25,515 bases of DNA. Source: a bacterium (lineage in GTDB: Bacteria; UBA8248). Positions 1 to 10,147 of the stretch are shown piece by piece; position 1 is the stretch's first letter; each line of letters opens with the position of its first letter. A program made the translations under genes and the position numbers. The stretch lies in the NCBI GenBank assembly GCA_965213685.1, contig CBDBZY010000066.1, forward strand, positions 1-25,515. Direction: 5' to 3'. Under the pieces are notes generated by a model. It searched no databases. It saw only the letters and a list, made by a program, of their open reading frames with translations, and was not told the DNA's origin.

Positions 1-266
1 CTTTCCAACGTTGTCTCGGCGGGGTCCGAATCGCCGCCGTTGCAAAGATAGCCATCATTTTCGTCCCCATCGAGGGCAATTTGCTTGCTTTACTTAGGTA
101 AAAAATCCTTCGCCACCGCCACTTCGTGGCCCCAAAACTGCAACCAAGCGCTCCGGTAGGACCGCCGCTGCCGCTCCCAAACCGCCGGCCCAATCCGCCC
201 CGCCTCGGCAGGCGCCCTCTAACCGCCCCCATATATCGAGGGCCGCCCGCAATCGCGGTCAAAATC

Positions 267-294
267 GGCCGCGGTTTGGCGAAAAGCCGCGGTC
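267..294. other. GC-rich hairpin upstream of NECAP (in every unit)
   Basis: GGCCGCGGTTT-GGCGAA-AAGCCGCGGTC: 11-bp stem with two G:T pairs and a 6-nt loop. Confidence 0.45.
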
Positions 295-546
295 ACATCA
301 AATTCGGCAACCTCGAACGACGTCCTTCAGTTGCAGAGCGATCTTTGGGCAAAGCTCGGCCTTCGGGGACCGCAGAATCCCCTGGATGTCGCGATTTCGC
401 CTCCCTAACCACCGAAAATCGAGCCCAACAACGCCCGCGCTCCCACCACCATCAGAAGCCGAGATTTCAATTTGGGCCGGTGCAGGACGACGAAGGAGCA
501 CGAGTGCGCAAATCCACCAAATCCGCGCTGCAGGGCCTACTCCACC

Positions 547-1223
547 ATGCTCAAGCGCGCCACCGCCCGCTCCTCCCAAGGCGGCGGCTGCGCCCGCGGC
601 GACGGACGGGCCGCCAAACCCGCCTCTCCTATTTTGACCGCGGCCGATCAGCCGCAGGCGCCCGACGAGGTTGTGGAAAGAGTCCGCCTCAAGGTCACGA
701 ACGCCCACGTCTTCAAGCTCCCGCCCAAGCCGTCGGCGGGCGGGTGGCGCGGCGCCGAGTGGCGGGACAAGGTGTGGCAGGGCACCCTCAAGGTCGTCGA
801 GCGGGGCGAGGAGACGGCCGTCTTGTTGGGTGGACAACAAAGGAAGAGAAAAACATCTTTGCGGTGTGCCCGATACGGCACAATTTGGACGGGAAAACAA
901 ACGTGGGGAACGGCGTCGATCGGTGCATCGATTCGTCGCGGTACTTCGTGCTGCGCATCCAGAACGCGCAGGGGCGGCACCTGTTCATCGGGCTGGCGTT
1001 TAATGAAAGGAACGATGCGTTCGATTTCAACACGGCGCTGGAGGACAGCCGGAGGGAGAAGGAGCTCGAGCGCCGGGCCGCGGCTTTGGGGGGTGGCGCG
1101 GGGGGCGGCACAACGGCCCGGGGCAATGTGGATTACAAGATGAAGGAGGGGGAGAATGGGTGGGAAGTGCGCAGTGCGAATTGCTGCGAACGATTTGGCA
1201 TGCCCTTTTTGGCGCGCCGCTGA
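547..1223 (+). CDS. NECAP: NECAP-like protein (PHear/DUF1681 domain), C-terminally truncated; copy 1; frameshifted as written (net +2 at 828-841), consensus 224 aa
   Basis: ATG in a CCACCATG context at 547. Motifs VFKLPP..GWRGAEW..WQGTLKVV (ORF 472 frame) and FAVCP..VDRCIDSSRYFVLRIQNAQGRHLFIGLAFNERNDAFDFNTALED..DYKMKEGE (ORF 126 frame) match NECAP family signatures. Extra G (828-830) and extra A (839-841) are absent from copies 9-12. Confidence 0.88.
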
Positions 1224-2461
1224 GATTTTTCGGGGGGCGAAGTGGCGGGAAGGGTTGGGGGGCGCGCCTGGCTTTGCGGACATCGAAGCCAGCAACTTCC
1301 GGGCGCGCGCTCCAAATCGACGGTTGCAAAAAGCGTCAAATCGACGCCCCTGCGCCGGAACTCGTGGCGGTTTGTATGGGATGCATCGCTACGGCGGAAC
1401 AGGTGGATTTCTGGTACAAAGTGGTTCCACGCTGAACCGTTTTGGGCGAGATAGCGATAAATCGCATCCACAGCCCGCCTGGGCGCGCAACCTGGGACGC
1501 CTTGGCATCACGGGCTCGCTCCGCTCGCCTCCTTTCTGTTTCTGGGGGGCGTCGACGGGCTCGCTCCGCTCGCCTCTCTCCTCTTCGGGTGGCGGGCGGA
1601 CGGACTCGCTGCGCTCGCCCGGGGACGGTGCACGCGCAGGTGACGGGGGGCGAGGGCGAGCGTTGGTCAGCGCGTGGCGTATACAACAATCAACCCCTCT
1701 CTCAATTTGCAGGATCGTTGCGGCGGGGGAAGGGTGCTTTTGGGGGCGGGCGTCCGGTGAGGCGCTGATACCGCGTCCGAAGGACGGTGGGTGCTGTCCG
1801 ATGGGGGTTGTCGCGCGTCCCGGGGTGGTTCCGCGGCTATTGACGCAACAATTCGCAGCCGCTGAGCGGGAGAATCGATTGCTGCTGCGATTTCTGCGGG
1901 GGGCTCGCTCCCGGCGTCTCTGCGTTTGCCGTTTTGGCCTCGCGCCGGGGGTTCTGCGGAAAAGTTGCAAATTAATCACAAAATCGGCCGGGGAGTGCCC
2001 AAATATTGCTCTGCTGCCCGCGCCGGCGCGTCGGATCGCTTCTCCTGGTCAAGGGCTATTCCCGGCTTGTCTCGGCGGCCTCGGGAAGGAGGTAGTTCCG
2101 GAGCTATCCCCGTTCCGCCGCCCGTTCGCCCTGAAAAAAGTACCATTGCAATTCCGTAAAATGGCCCCCCGTATCCCCCCGCAGCTCAAATTTCGCATAT
2201 CGATAGTCGAATCGATTCAGGAGATCGCGGGCTTTCCAACGTTGTCTCGGCGGGGTCCGAATCGCCGCCGTTGCAAAGATAGCCATCATTTTCGTCCCCA
2301 TCGAGGGCAATTTGCTTGCTTTACTTAGGTAAAAAATCCTTCGCCACCGCCACTTCGTGGCCCCAAAACTGCAACCAAGCGCTCCGGTAGGACCGCCGCT
2401 GCCGCTCCCAAACCGCCGGCCCAATCCGCCCCGCCTCGGCAGGCGCCCTCTAACCGCCCCC
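1158..2461. mobile_element. Putative ~1.3-kb non-autonomous element or dispersed-repeat module with degenerate terminal inverted repeats (present in every unit; copy 1/2 shown)
   Basis: Begins where NECAP homology ends. 1238-1256 reverse-complements to AACCCTTC-CCGCCACTTCG, matching AATCCTTC(GCCA)CCGCCACTTCG at 2335-2357. Weaker similarity extends to AT|GGG (1156-1160) and CCC|AT (2459-2463). No transposase ORF. Confidence 0.35.
1510..1620 (+). repeat. Three direct repeats with exact 45-bp period, core ACGGGCTCGCTCCGCTCGCC (in every unit)
   Basis: ACGGGCTCGCTCCGCTCGCCTC is perfect at 1510-1531 and 1555-1576; ACGGACTCGCTGCGCTCGCCC at 1600-1620 is slightly degenerate. Confidence 0.9.
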
Positions 2462-2777
2462 ATATATCGAGGGCCGCCCGCAATCGCGGTCAAAATCGGC
2501 CGCGGTTTGGCGAAAAGCCGCGGTCACATCAAATTCGGCAACCTCGAACGACGTCCTTCAGTTGCAGAGCGATCTTTGGGCAAAGCTCGGCCTTCGGGGA
2601 CCGCAGAATCCCCTGGATGTCGCGATTTCGCCTCCCTAACCACCGAAAATCGAGCCCAACAACGCCCGCGCTCCCACCACCATCAGAAGCCGAGATTTCA
2701 ATTTGGGCCGGTGCAGGACGACGAAGGAGCACGAGTGCGCAAATCCACCAAATCCGCGCTGCAGGGCCTACTCCACC

Positions 2778-3454
2778 ATGCTCAAGCGCGCCACCGCCCG
2801 CTCCTCCCAAGGCGGCGGCTGCGCCCGCGGCGACGGACGGGCCGCCAAACCCGCCTCTCCTATTTTGACCGCGGCCGATCAGCCGCAGGCGCCCGACGAG
2901 GTTGTGGAAAGAGTCCGCCTCAAGGTCACGAACGCCCACGTCTTCAAGCTCCCGCCCAAGCCGTCGGCGGGCGGGTGGCGCGGCGCCGAGTGGCGGGACA
3001 AGGTGTGGCAGGGCACCCTCAAGGTCGTCGAGCGGGGCGAGGAGACGGCCGTCTTGTTGGGTGGACAACAAAGGAAGAGAAAAACATCTTTGCGGTGTGC
3101 CCGATACGGCACAATTTGGACGGGAAAACAAACGTGGGGAACGGCGTCGATCGGTGCATCGATTCGTCGCGGTACTTCGTGCTGCGCATCCAGAACGCGC
3201 AGGGGCGGCACCTGTTCATCGGGCTGGCGTTTAATGAAAGGAACGATGCGTTCGATTTCAACACGGCGCTGGAGGACAGCCGGAGGGAGAAGGAGCTCGA
3301 GCGCCGGGCCGCGGCTTTGGGGGGTGGCGCGGGGGGCGGCACAACGGCCCGGGGCAATGTGGATTACAAGATGAAGGAGGGGGAGAATGGGTGGGAAGTG
3401 CGCAGTGCGAATTGCTGCGAACGATTTGGCATGCCCTTTTTGGCGCGCCGCTGA
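2778..3454 (+). CDS. NECAP: NECAP-like protein, copy 2 (same as copy 1, same frameshift)
   Basis: Copy 1 + 2231; identical translations in the ORF track. Confidence 0.85.
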
Positions 3455-5008
3455 GATTTTTCGGGGGGCGAAGTGGCGGGAAGGGTTGGGGGGCGCGCCT
3501 GGCTTTGCGGACATCGAAGCCAGCAACTTCCGGGCGCGCGCTCCAAATCGACGGTTGCAAAAAGCGTCAAATCGACGCCCCTGCGCCGGAACTCGTGGCG
3601 GTTTGTATGGGATGCATCGCTACGGCGGAACAGGTGGATTTCTGGTACAAAGTGGTTCCACGCTGAACCGTTTTGGGCGAGATAGCGATAAATCGCATCC
3701 ACAGCCCGCCTGGGCGCGCAACCTGGGACGCCTTGGCATCACGGGCTCGCTCCGCTCGCCTCCTTTCTGTTTCTGGGGGGCGTCGACGGGCTCGCTCCGC
3801 TCGCCTCTCTCCTCTTCGGGTGGCGGGCGGACGGACTCGCTGCGCTCGCCCGGGGACGGTGCACGCGCAGGTGACGGGGGGCGAGGGCGAGCGTTGGTCA
3901 GCGCGTGGCGTATACAACAATCAACCCCTCTCTCAATTTGCAGGATCGTTGCGGCGGGGGAAGGGTGCTTTTGGGGGCGGGCGTCCGGTGAGGCGCTGAT
4001 ACCGCGTCCGAAGGACGGTGGGTGCTGTCCGATGGGGGTTGTCGCGCGTCCCGGGGTGGTTCCGCGGCTATTGACGCAACAATTCGCAGCCGCTGAGCGG
4101 GAGAATCGATTGCTGCTGCGATTTCTGCGGGGGGCTCGCTCCCGGCGTCTCTGCGTTTGCCGTTTTGGCCTCGCGCCGGGGGTTCTGCGGAAAAGTTGCA
4201 AATTAATCACAAAATCGGCCGGGGAGTGCCCAAATATTGCTCTGCTGCCCGCGCCGGCGCGTCGGATCGCTTCTCCTGGTCAAGGGCTATTCCCGGCTTG
4301 TCTCGGCGGCCTCGGGAAGGAGGTAGTTCCGGAGCTATCCCCGTTCCGCCGCCCGTTCGCCCTGAAAAAAGTACCATTGCAATTCCGTAAAATGGCCCCC
4401 CGTATCCCCCCGCAGCTCAAATTTCGCATATCGATAGTCGAATCGATTCAGGAGATCGCGGGCTTTCCAACGTTGTCTCGGCGGGGTCCGAATCGCCGCC
4501 GTTGCAAAGATAGCCATCATTTTCGTCCCCATCGAGGGCAATTTGCTTGCTTTACTTAGGTAAAAAATCCTTCGCCACCGCCACTTCGTGGCCCCAAAAC
4601 TGCAACCAAGCGCTCCGGTAGGACCGCCGCTGCCGCTCCCAAACCGCCGGCCCAATCCGCCCCGCCTCGGCAGGCGCCCTCTAACCGCCCCCATATATCG
4701 AGGGCCGCCCGCAATCGCGGTCAAAATCGGCCGCGGTTTGGCGAAAAGCCGCGGTCACATCAAATTCGGCAACCTCGAACGACGTCCTTCAGTTGCAGAG
4801 CGATCTTTGGGCAAAGCTCGGCCTTCGGGGACCGCAGAATCCCCTGGATGTCGCGATTTCGCCTCCCTAACCACCGAAAATCGAGCCCAACAACGCCCGC
4901 GCTCCCACCACCATCAGAAGCCGAGATTTCAATTTGGGCCGGTGCAGGACGACGAAGGAGCACGAGTGCGCAAATCCACCAAATCCGCGCTGCAGGGCCT
5001 ACTCCACC

Positions 5009-5685
5009 ATGCTCAAGCGCGCCACCGCCCGCTCCTCCCAAGGCGGCGGCTGCGCCCGCGGCGACGGACGGGCCGCCAAACCCGCCTCTCCTATTTTGAC
5101 CGCGGCCGATCAGCCGCAGGCGCCCGACGAGGTTGTGGAAAGAGTCCGCCTCAAGGTCACGAACGCCCACGTCTTCAAGCTCCCGCCCAAGCCGTCGGCG
5201 GGCGGGTGGCGCGGCGCCGAGTGGCGGGACAAGGTGTGGCAGGGCACCCTCAAGGTCGTCGAGCGGGGCGAGGAGACGGCCGTCTTGTTGGGTGGACAAC
5301 AAAGGAAGAGAAAAACATCTTTGCGGTGTGCCCGATACGGCACAATTTGGACGGGAAAACAAACGTGGGGAACGGCGTCGATCGGTGCATCGATTCGTCG
5401 CGGTACTTCGTGCTGCGCATCCAGAACGCGCAGGGGCGGCACCTGTTCATCGGGCTGGCGTTTAATGAAAGGAACGATGCGTTCGATTTCAACACGGCGC
5501 TGGAGGACAGCCGGAGGGAGAAGGAGCTCGAGCGCCGGGCCGCGGCTTTGGGGGGTGGCGCGGGGGGCGGCACAACGGCCCGGGGCAATGTGGATTACAA
5601 GATGAAGGAGGGGGAGAATGGGTGGGAAGTGCGCAGTGCGAATTGCTGCGAACGATTTGGCATGCCCTTTTTGGCGCGCCGCTGA
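5009..5685 (+). CDS. NECAP: NECAP-like protein, copy 3 (same as copy 1)
   Basis: Copy 1 + 4462; identical translations. Confidence 0.85.
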
Positions 5686-7239
5686 GATTTTTCGGGGGGC
5701 GAAGTGGCGGGAAGGGTTGGGGGGCGCGCCTGGCTTTGCGGACATCGAAGCCAGCAACTTCCGGGCGCGCGCTCCAAATCGACGGTTGCAAAAAGCGTCA
5801 AATCGACGCCCCTGCGCCGGAACTCGTGGCGGTTTGTATGGGATGCATCGCTACGGCGGAACAGGTGGATTTCTGGTACAAAGTGGTTCCACGCTGAACC
5901 GTTTTGGGCGAGATAGCGATAAATCGCATCCACAGCCCGCCTGGGCGCGCAACCTGGGACGCCTTGGCATCACGGGCTCGCTCCGCTCGCCTCCTTTCTG
6001 TTTCTGGGGGGCGTCGACGGGCTCGCTCCGCTCGCCTCTCTCCTCTTCGGGTGGCGGGCGGACGGACTCGCTGCGCTCGCCCGGGGACGGTGCACGCGCA
6101 GGTGACGGGGGGCGAGGGCGAGCGTTGGTCAGCGCGTGGCGTATACAACAATCAACCCCTCTCTCAATTTGCAGGATCGTTGCGGCGGGGGAAGGGTGCT
6201 TTTGGGGGCGGGCGTCCGGTGAGGCGCTGATACCGCGTCCGAAGGACGGTGGGTGCTGTCCGATGGGGGTTGTCGCGCGTCCCGGGGTGGTTCCGCGGCT
6301 ATTGACGCAACAATTCGCAGCCGCTGAGCGGGAGAATCGATTGCTGCTGCGATTTCTGCGGGGGGCTCGCTCCCGGCGTCTCTGCGTTTGCCGTTTTGGC
6401 CTCGCGCCGGGGGTTCTGCGGAAAAGTTGCAAATTAATCACAAAATCGGCCGGGGAGTGCCCAAATATTGCTCTGCTGCCCGCGCCGGCGCGTCGGATCG
6501 CTTCTCCTGGTCAAGGGCTATTCCCGGCTTGTCTCGGCGGCCTCGGGAAGGAGGTAGTTCCGGAGCTATCCCCGTTCCGCCGCCCGTTCGCCCTGAAAAA
6601 AGTACCATTGCAATTCCGTAAAATGGCCCCCCGTATCCCCCCGCAGCTCAAATTTCGCATATCGATAGTCGAATCGATTCAGGAGATCGCGGGCTTTCCA
6701 ACGTTGTCTCGGCGGGGTCCGAATCGCCGCCGTTGCAAAGATAGCCATCATTTTCGTCCCCATCGAGGGCAATTTGCTTGCTTTACTTAGGTAAAAAATC
6801 CTTCGCCACCGCCACTTCGTGGCCCCAAAACTGCAACCAAGCGCTCCGGTAGGACCGCCGCTGCCGCTCCCAAACCGCCGGCCCAATCCGCCCCGCCTCG
6901 GCAGGCGCCCTCTAACCGCCCCCATATATCGAGGGCCGCCCGCAATCGCGGTCAAAATCGGCCGCGGTTTGGCGAAAAGCCGCGGTCACATCAAATTCGG
7001 CAACCTCGAACGACGTCCTTCAGTTGCAGAGCGATCTTTGGGCAAAGCTCGGCCTTCGGGGACCGCAGAATCCCCTGGATGTCGCGATTTCGCCTCCCTA
7101 ACCACCGAAAATCGAGCCCAACAACGCCCGCGCTCCCACCACCATCAGAAGCCGAGATTTCAATTTGGGCCGGTGCAGGACGACGAAGGAGCACGAGTGC
7201 GCAAATCCACCAAATCCGCGCTGCAGGGCCTACTCCACC

Positions 7240-7916
7240 ATGCTCAAGCGCGCCACCGCCCGCTCCTCCCAAGGCGGCGGCTGCGCCCGCGGCGACGGAC
7301 GGGCCGCCAAACCCGCCTCTCCTATTTTGACCGCGGCCGATCAGCCGCAGGCGCCCGACGAGGTTGTGGAAAGAGTCCGCCTCAAGGTCACGAACGCCCA
7401 CGTCTTCAAGCTCCCGCCCAAGCCGTCGGCGGGCGGGTGGCGCGGCGCCGAGTGGCGGGACAAGGTGTGGCAGGGCACCCTCAAGGTCGTCGAGCGGGGC
7501 GAGGAGACGGCCGTCTTGTTGGGTGGACAACAAAGGAAGAGAAAAACATCTTTGCGGTGTGCCCGATACGGCACAATTTGGACGGGAAAACAAACGTGGG
7601 GAACGGCGTCGATCGGTGCATCGATTCGTCGCGGTACTTCGTGCTGCGCATCCAGAACGCGCAGGGGCGGCACCTGTTCATCGGGCTGGCGTTTAATGAA
7701 AGGAACGATGCGTTCGATTTCAACACGGCGCTGGAGGACAGCCGGAGGGAGAAGGAGCTCGAGCGCCGGGCCGCGGCTTTGGGGGGTGGCGCGGGGGGCG
7801 GCACAACGGCCCGGGGCAATGTGGATTACAAGATGAAGGAGGGGGAGAATGGGTGGGAAGTGCGCAGTGCGAATTGCTGCGAACGATTTGGCATGCCCTT
7901 TTTGGCGCGCCGCTGA
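7240..7916 (+). CDS. NECAP: NECAP-like protein, copy 4 (same as copy 1)
   Basis: Copy 1 + 6693; identical translations. Confidence 0.85.
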
Positions 7917-9470
7917 GATTTTTCGGGGGGCGAAGTGGCGGGAAGGGTTGGGGGGCGCGCCTGGCTTTGCGGACATCGAAGCCAGCAACTTCCGGGCGCG
8001 CGCTCCAAATCGACGGTTGCAAAAAGCGTCAAATCGACGCCCCTGCGCCGGAACTCGTGGCGGTTTGTATGGGATGCATCGCTACGGCGGAACAGGTGGA
8101 TTTCTGGTACAAAGTGGTTCCACGCTGAACCGTTTTGGGCGAGATAGCGATAAATCGCATCCACAGCCCGCCTGGGCGCGCAACCTGGGACGCCTTGGCA
8201 TCACGGGCTCGCTCCGCTCGCCTCCTTTCTGTTTCTGGGGGGCGTCGACGGGCTCGCTCCGCTCGCCTCTCTCCTCTTCGGGTGGCGGGCGGACGGACTC
8301 GCTGCGCTCGCCCGGGGACGGTGCACGCGCAGGTGACGGGGGGCGAGGGCGAGCGTTGGTCAGCGCGTGGCGTATACAACAATCAACCCCTCTCTCAATT
8401 TGCAGGATCGTTGCGGCGGGGGAAGGGTGCTTTTGGGGGCGGGCGTCCGGTGAGGCGCTGATACCGCGTCCGAAGGACGGTGGGTGCTGTCCGATGGGGG
8501 TTGTCGCGCGTCCCGGGGTGGTTCCGCGGCTATTGACGCAACAATTCGCAGCCGCTGAGCGGGAGAATCGATTGCTGCTGCGATTTCTGCGGGGGGCTCG
8601 CTCCCGGCGTCTCTGCGTTTGCCGTTTTGGCCTCGCGCCGGGGGTTCTGCGGAAAAGTTGCAAATTAATCACAAAATCGGCCGGGGAGTGCCCAAATATT
8701 GCTCTGCTGCCCGCGCCGGCGCGTCGGATCGCTTCTCCTGGTCAAGGGCTATTCCCGGCTTGTCTCGGCGGCCTCGGGAAGGAGGTAGTTCCGGAGCTAT
8801 CCCCGTTCCGCCGCCCGTTCGCCCTGAAAAAAGTACCATTGCAATTCCGTAAAATGGCCCCCCGTATCCCCCCGCAGCTCAAATTTCGCATATCGATAGT
8901 CGAATCGATTCAGGAGATCGCGGGCTTTCCAACGTTGTCTCGGCGGGGTCCGAATCGCCGCCGTTGCAAAGATAGCCATCATTTTCGTCCCCATCGAGGG
9001 CAATTTGCTTGCTTTACTTAGGTAAAAAATCCTTCGCCACCGCCACTTCGTGGCCCCAAAACTGCAACCAAGCGCTCCGGTAGGACCGCCGCTGCCGCTC
9101 CCAAACCGCCGGCCCAATCCGCCCCGCCTCGGCAGGCGCCCTCTAACCGCCCCCATATATCGAGGGCCGCCCGCAATCGCGGTCAAAATCGGCCGCGGTT
9201 TGGCGAAAAGCCGCGGTCACATCAAATTCGGCAACCTCGAACGACGTCCTTCAGTTGCAGAGCGATCTTTGGGCAAAGCTCGGCCTTCGGGGACCGCAGA
9301 ATCCCCTGGATGTCGCGATTTCGCCTCCCTAACCACCGAAAATCGAGCCCAACAACGCCCGCGCTCCCACCACCATCAGAAGCCGAGATTTCAATTTGGG
9401 CCGGTGCAGGACGACGAAGGAGCACGAGTGCGCAAATCCACCAAATCCGCGCTGCAGGGCCTACTCCACC

Positions 9471-10147
9471 ATGCTCAAGCGCGCCACCGCCCGCTCCTCC
9501 CAAGGCGGCGGCTGCGCCCGCGGCGACGGACGGGCCGCCAAACCCGCCTCTCCTATTTTGACCGCGGCCGATCAGCCGCAGGCGCCCGACGAGGTTGTGG
9601 AAAGAGTCCGCCTCAAGGTCACGAACGCCCACGTCTTCAAGCTCCCGCCCAAGCCGTCGGCGGGCGGGTGGCGCGGCGCCGAGTGGCGGGACAAGGTGTG
9701 GCAGGGCACCCTCAAGGTCGTCGAGCGGGGCGAGGAGACGGCCGTCTTGTTGGGTGGACAACAAAGGAAGAGAAAAACATCTTTGCGGTGTGCCCGATAC
9801 GGCACAATTTGGACGGGAAAACAAACGTGGGGAACGGCGTCGATCGGTGCATCGATTCGTCGCGGTACTTCGTGCTGCGCATCCAGAACGCGCAGGGGCG
9901 GCACCTGTTCATCGGGCTGGCGTTTAATGAAAGGAACGATGCGTTCGATTTCAACACGGCGCTGGAGGACAGCCGGAGGGAGAAGGAGCTCGAGCGCCGG
10001 GCCGCGGCTTTGGGGGGTGGCGCGGGGGGCGGCACAACGGCCCGGGGCAATGTGGATTACAAGATGAAGGAGGGGGAGAATGGGTGGGAAGTGCGCAGTG
10101 CGAATTGCTGCGAACGATTTGGCATGCCCTTTTTGGCGCGCCGCTGA
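9471..10147 (+). CDS. NECAP: NECAP-like protein, copy 5 (same as copy 1)
   Basis: Copy 1 + 8924; identical translations. Confidence 0.85.

Noticed and set aside
94-99. Telomeric repeat (TTAGG)
   Set aside because: Single imperfect unit, not tandem.
231-236. ATATAT as a TATA box
   Set aside because: Non-canonical, ~315 bp from the ATG, with no TSS evidence.
126-1223. 365-aa ORF as the real gene model
   Set aside because: GTG start and Arg/Pro-rich first ~235 aa with no recognisable homology; it joins the NECAP C-half only through the +2 frameshift missing from copies 9-12.
1510-1620. Mini CRISPR array (22-bp repeats, 23-bp spacers)
   Set aside because: Only three repeats, spacers resemble each other, no cas genes or leader, and the context is eukaryotic.
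1160-1712. Intron from GTGGGA (1160) to TTTGCAG (1712) rescuing the NECAP C-terminus
   Set aside because: The spliced frame reads GIVAAGEGCFWG..., which is not NECAP-like and has no terminal WxxF. RNA-seq would be needed to exclude it fully.
298-1979. Minus-strand ORFs of 100-215 aa
   Set aside because: Antisense shadows of NECAP or of GC-rich repeat DNA, with no recognisable domain.
2035-2060. U2 snRNA (ATCGCTTCTC matches the metazoan U2 5' end, followed by TCAAG)
   Set aside because: Stem-loop I, the GTAGTA branch-pairing sequence and an Sm site are missing; a 10-nt match can be chance.
1-2231. rDNA, 5S, tRNA or spliced-leader array
   Set aside because: No conserved rRNA blocks, cloverleaf or paired A/B boxes recognised by eye; a cmscan against Rfam would be the decisive test.
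1156-2328. 390-aa ORF as a transposase, Rep or novel protein
   Set aside because: No DDE, HUH, RT or helicase motif seen; low-complexity GC-driven composition; it translates the 45-bp repeats and is not continuous in copies 8-11.
1224-2461. Helitron as the amplifying element
   Set aside because: Tandem arrays and gene capture fit Helitrons, but I found no TC 5' end or hairpin-plus-CTRR 3' end at the module boundaries.
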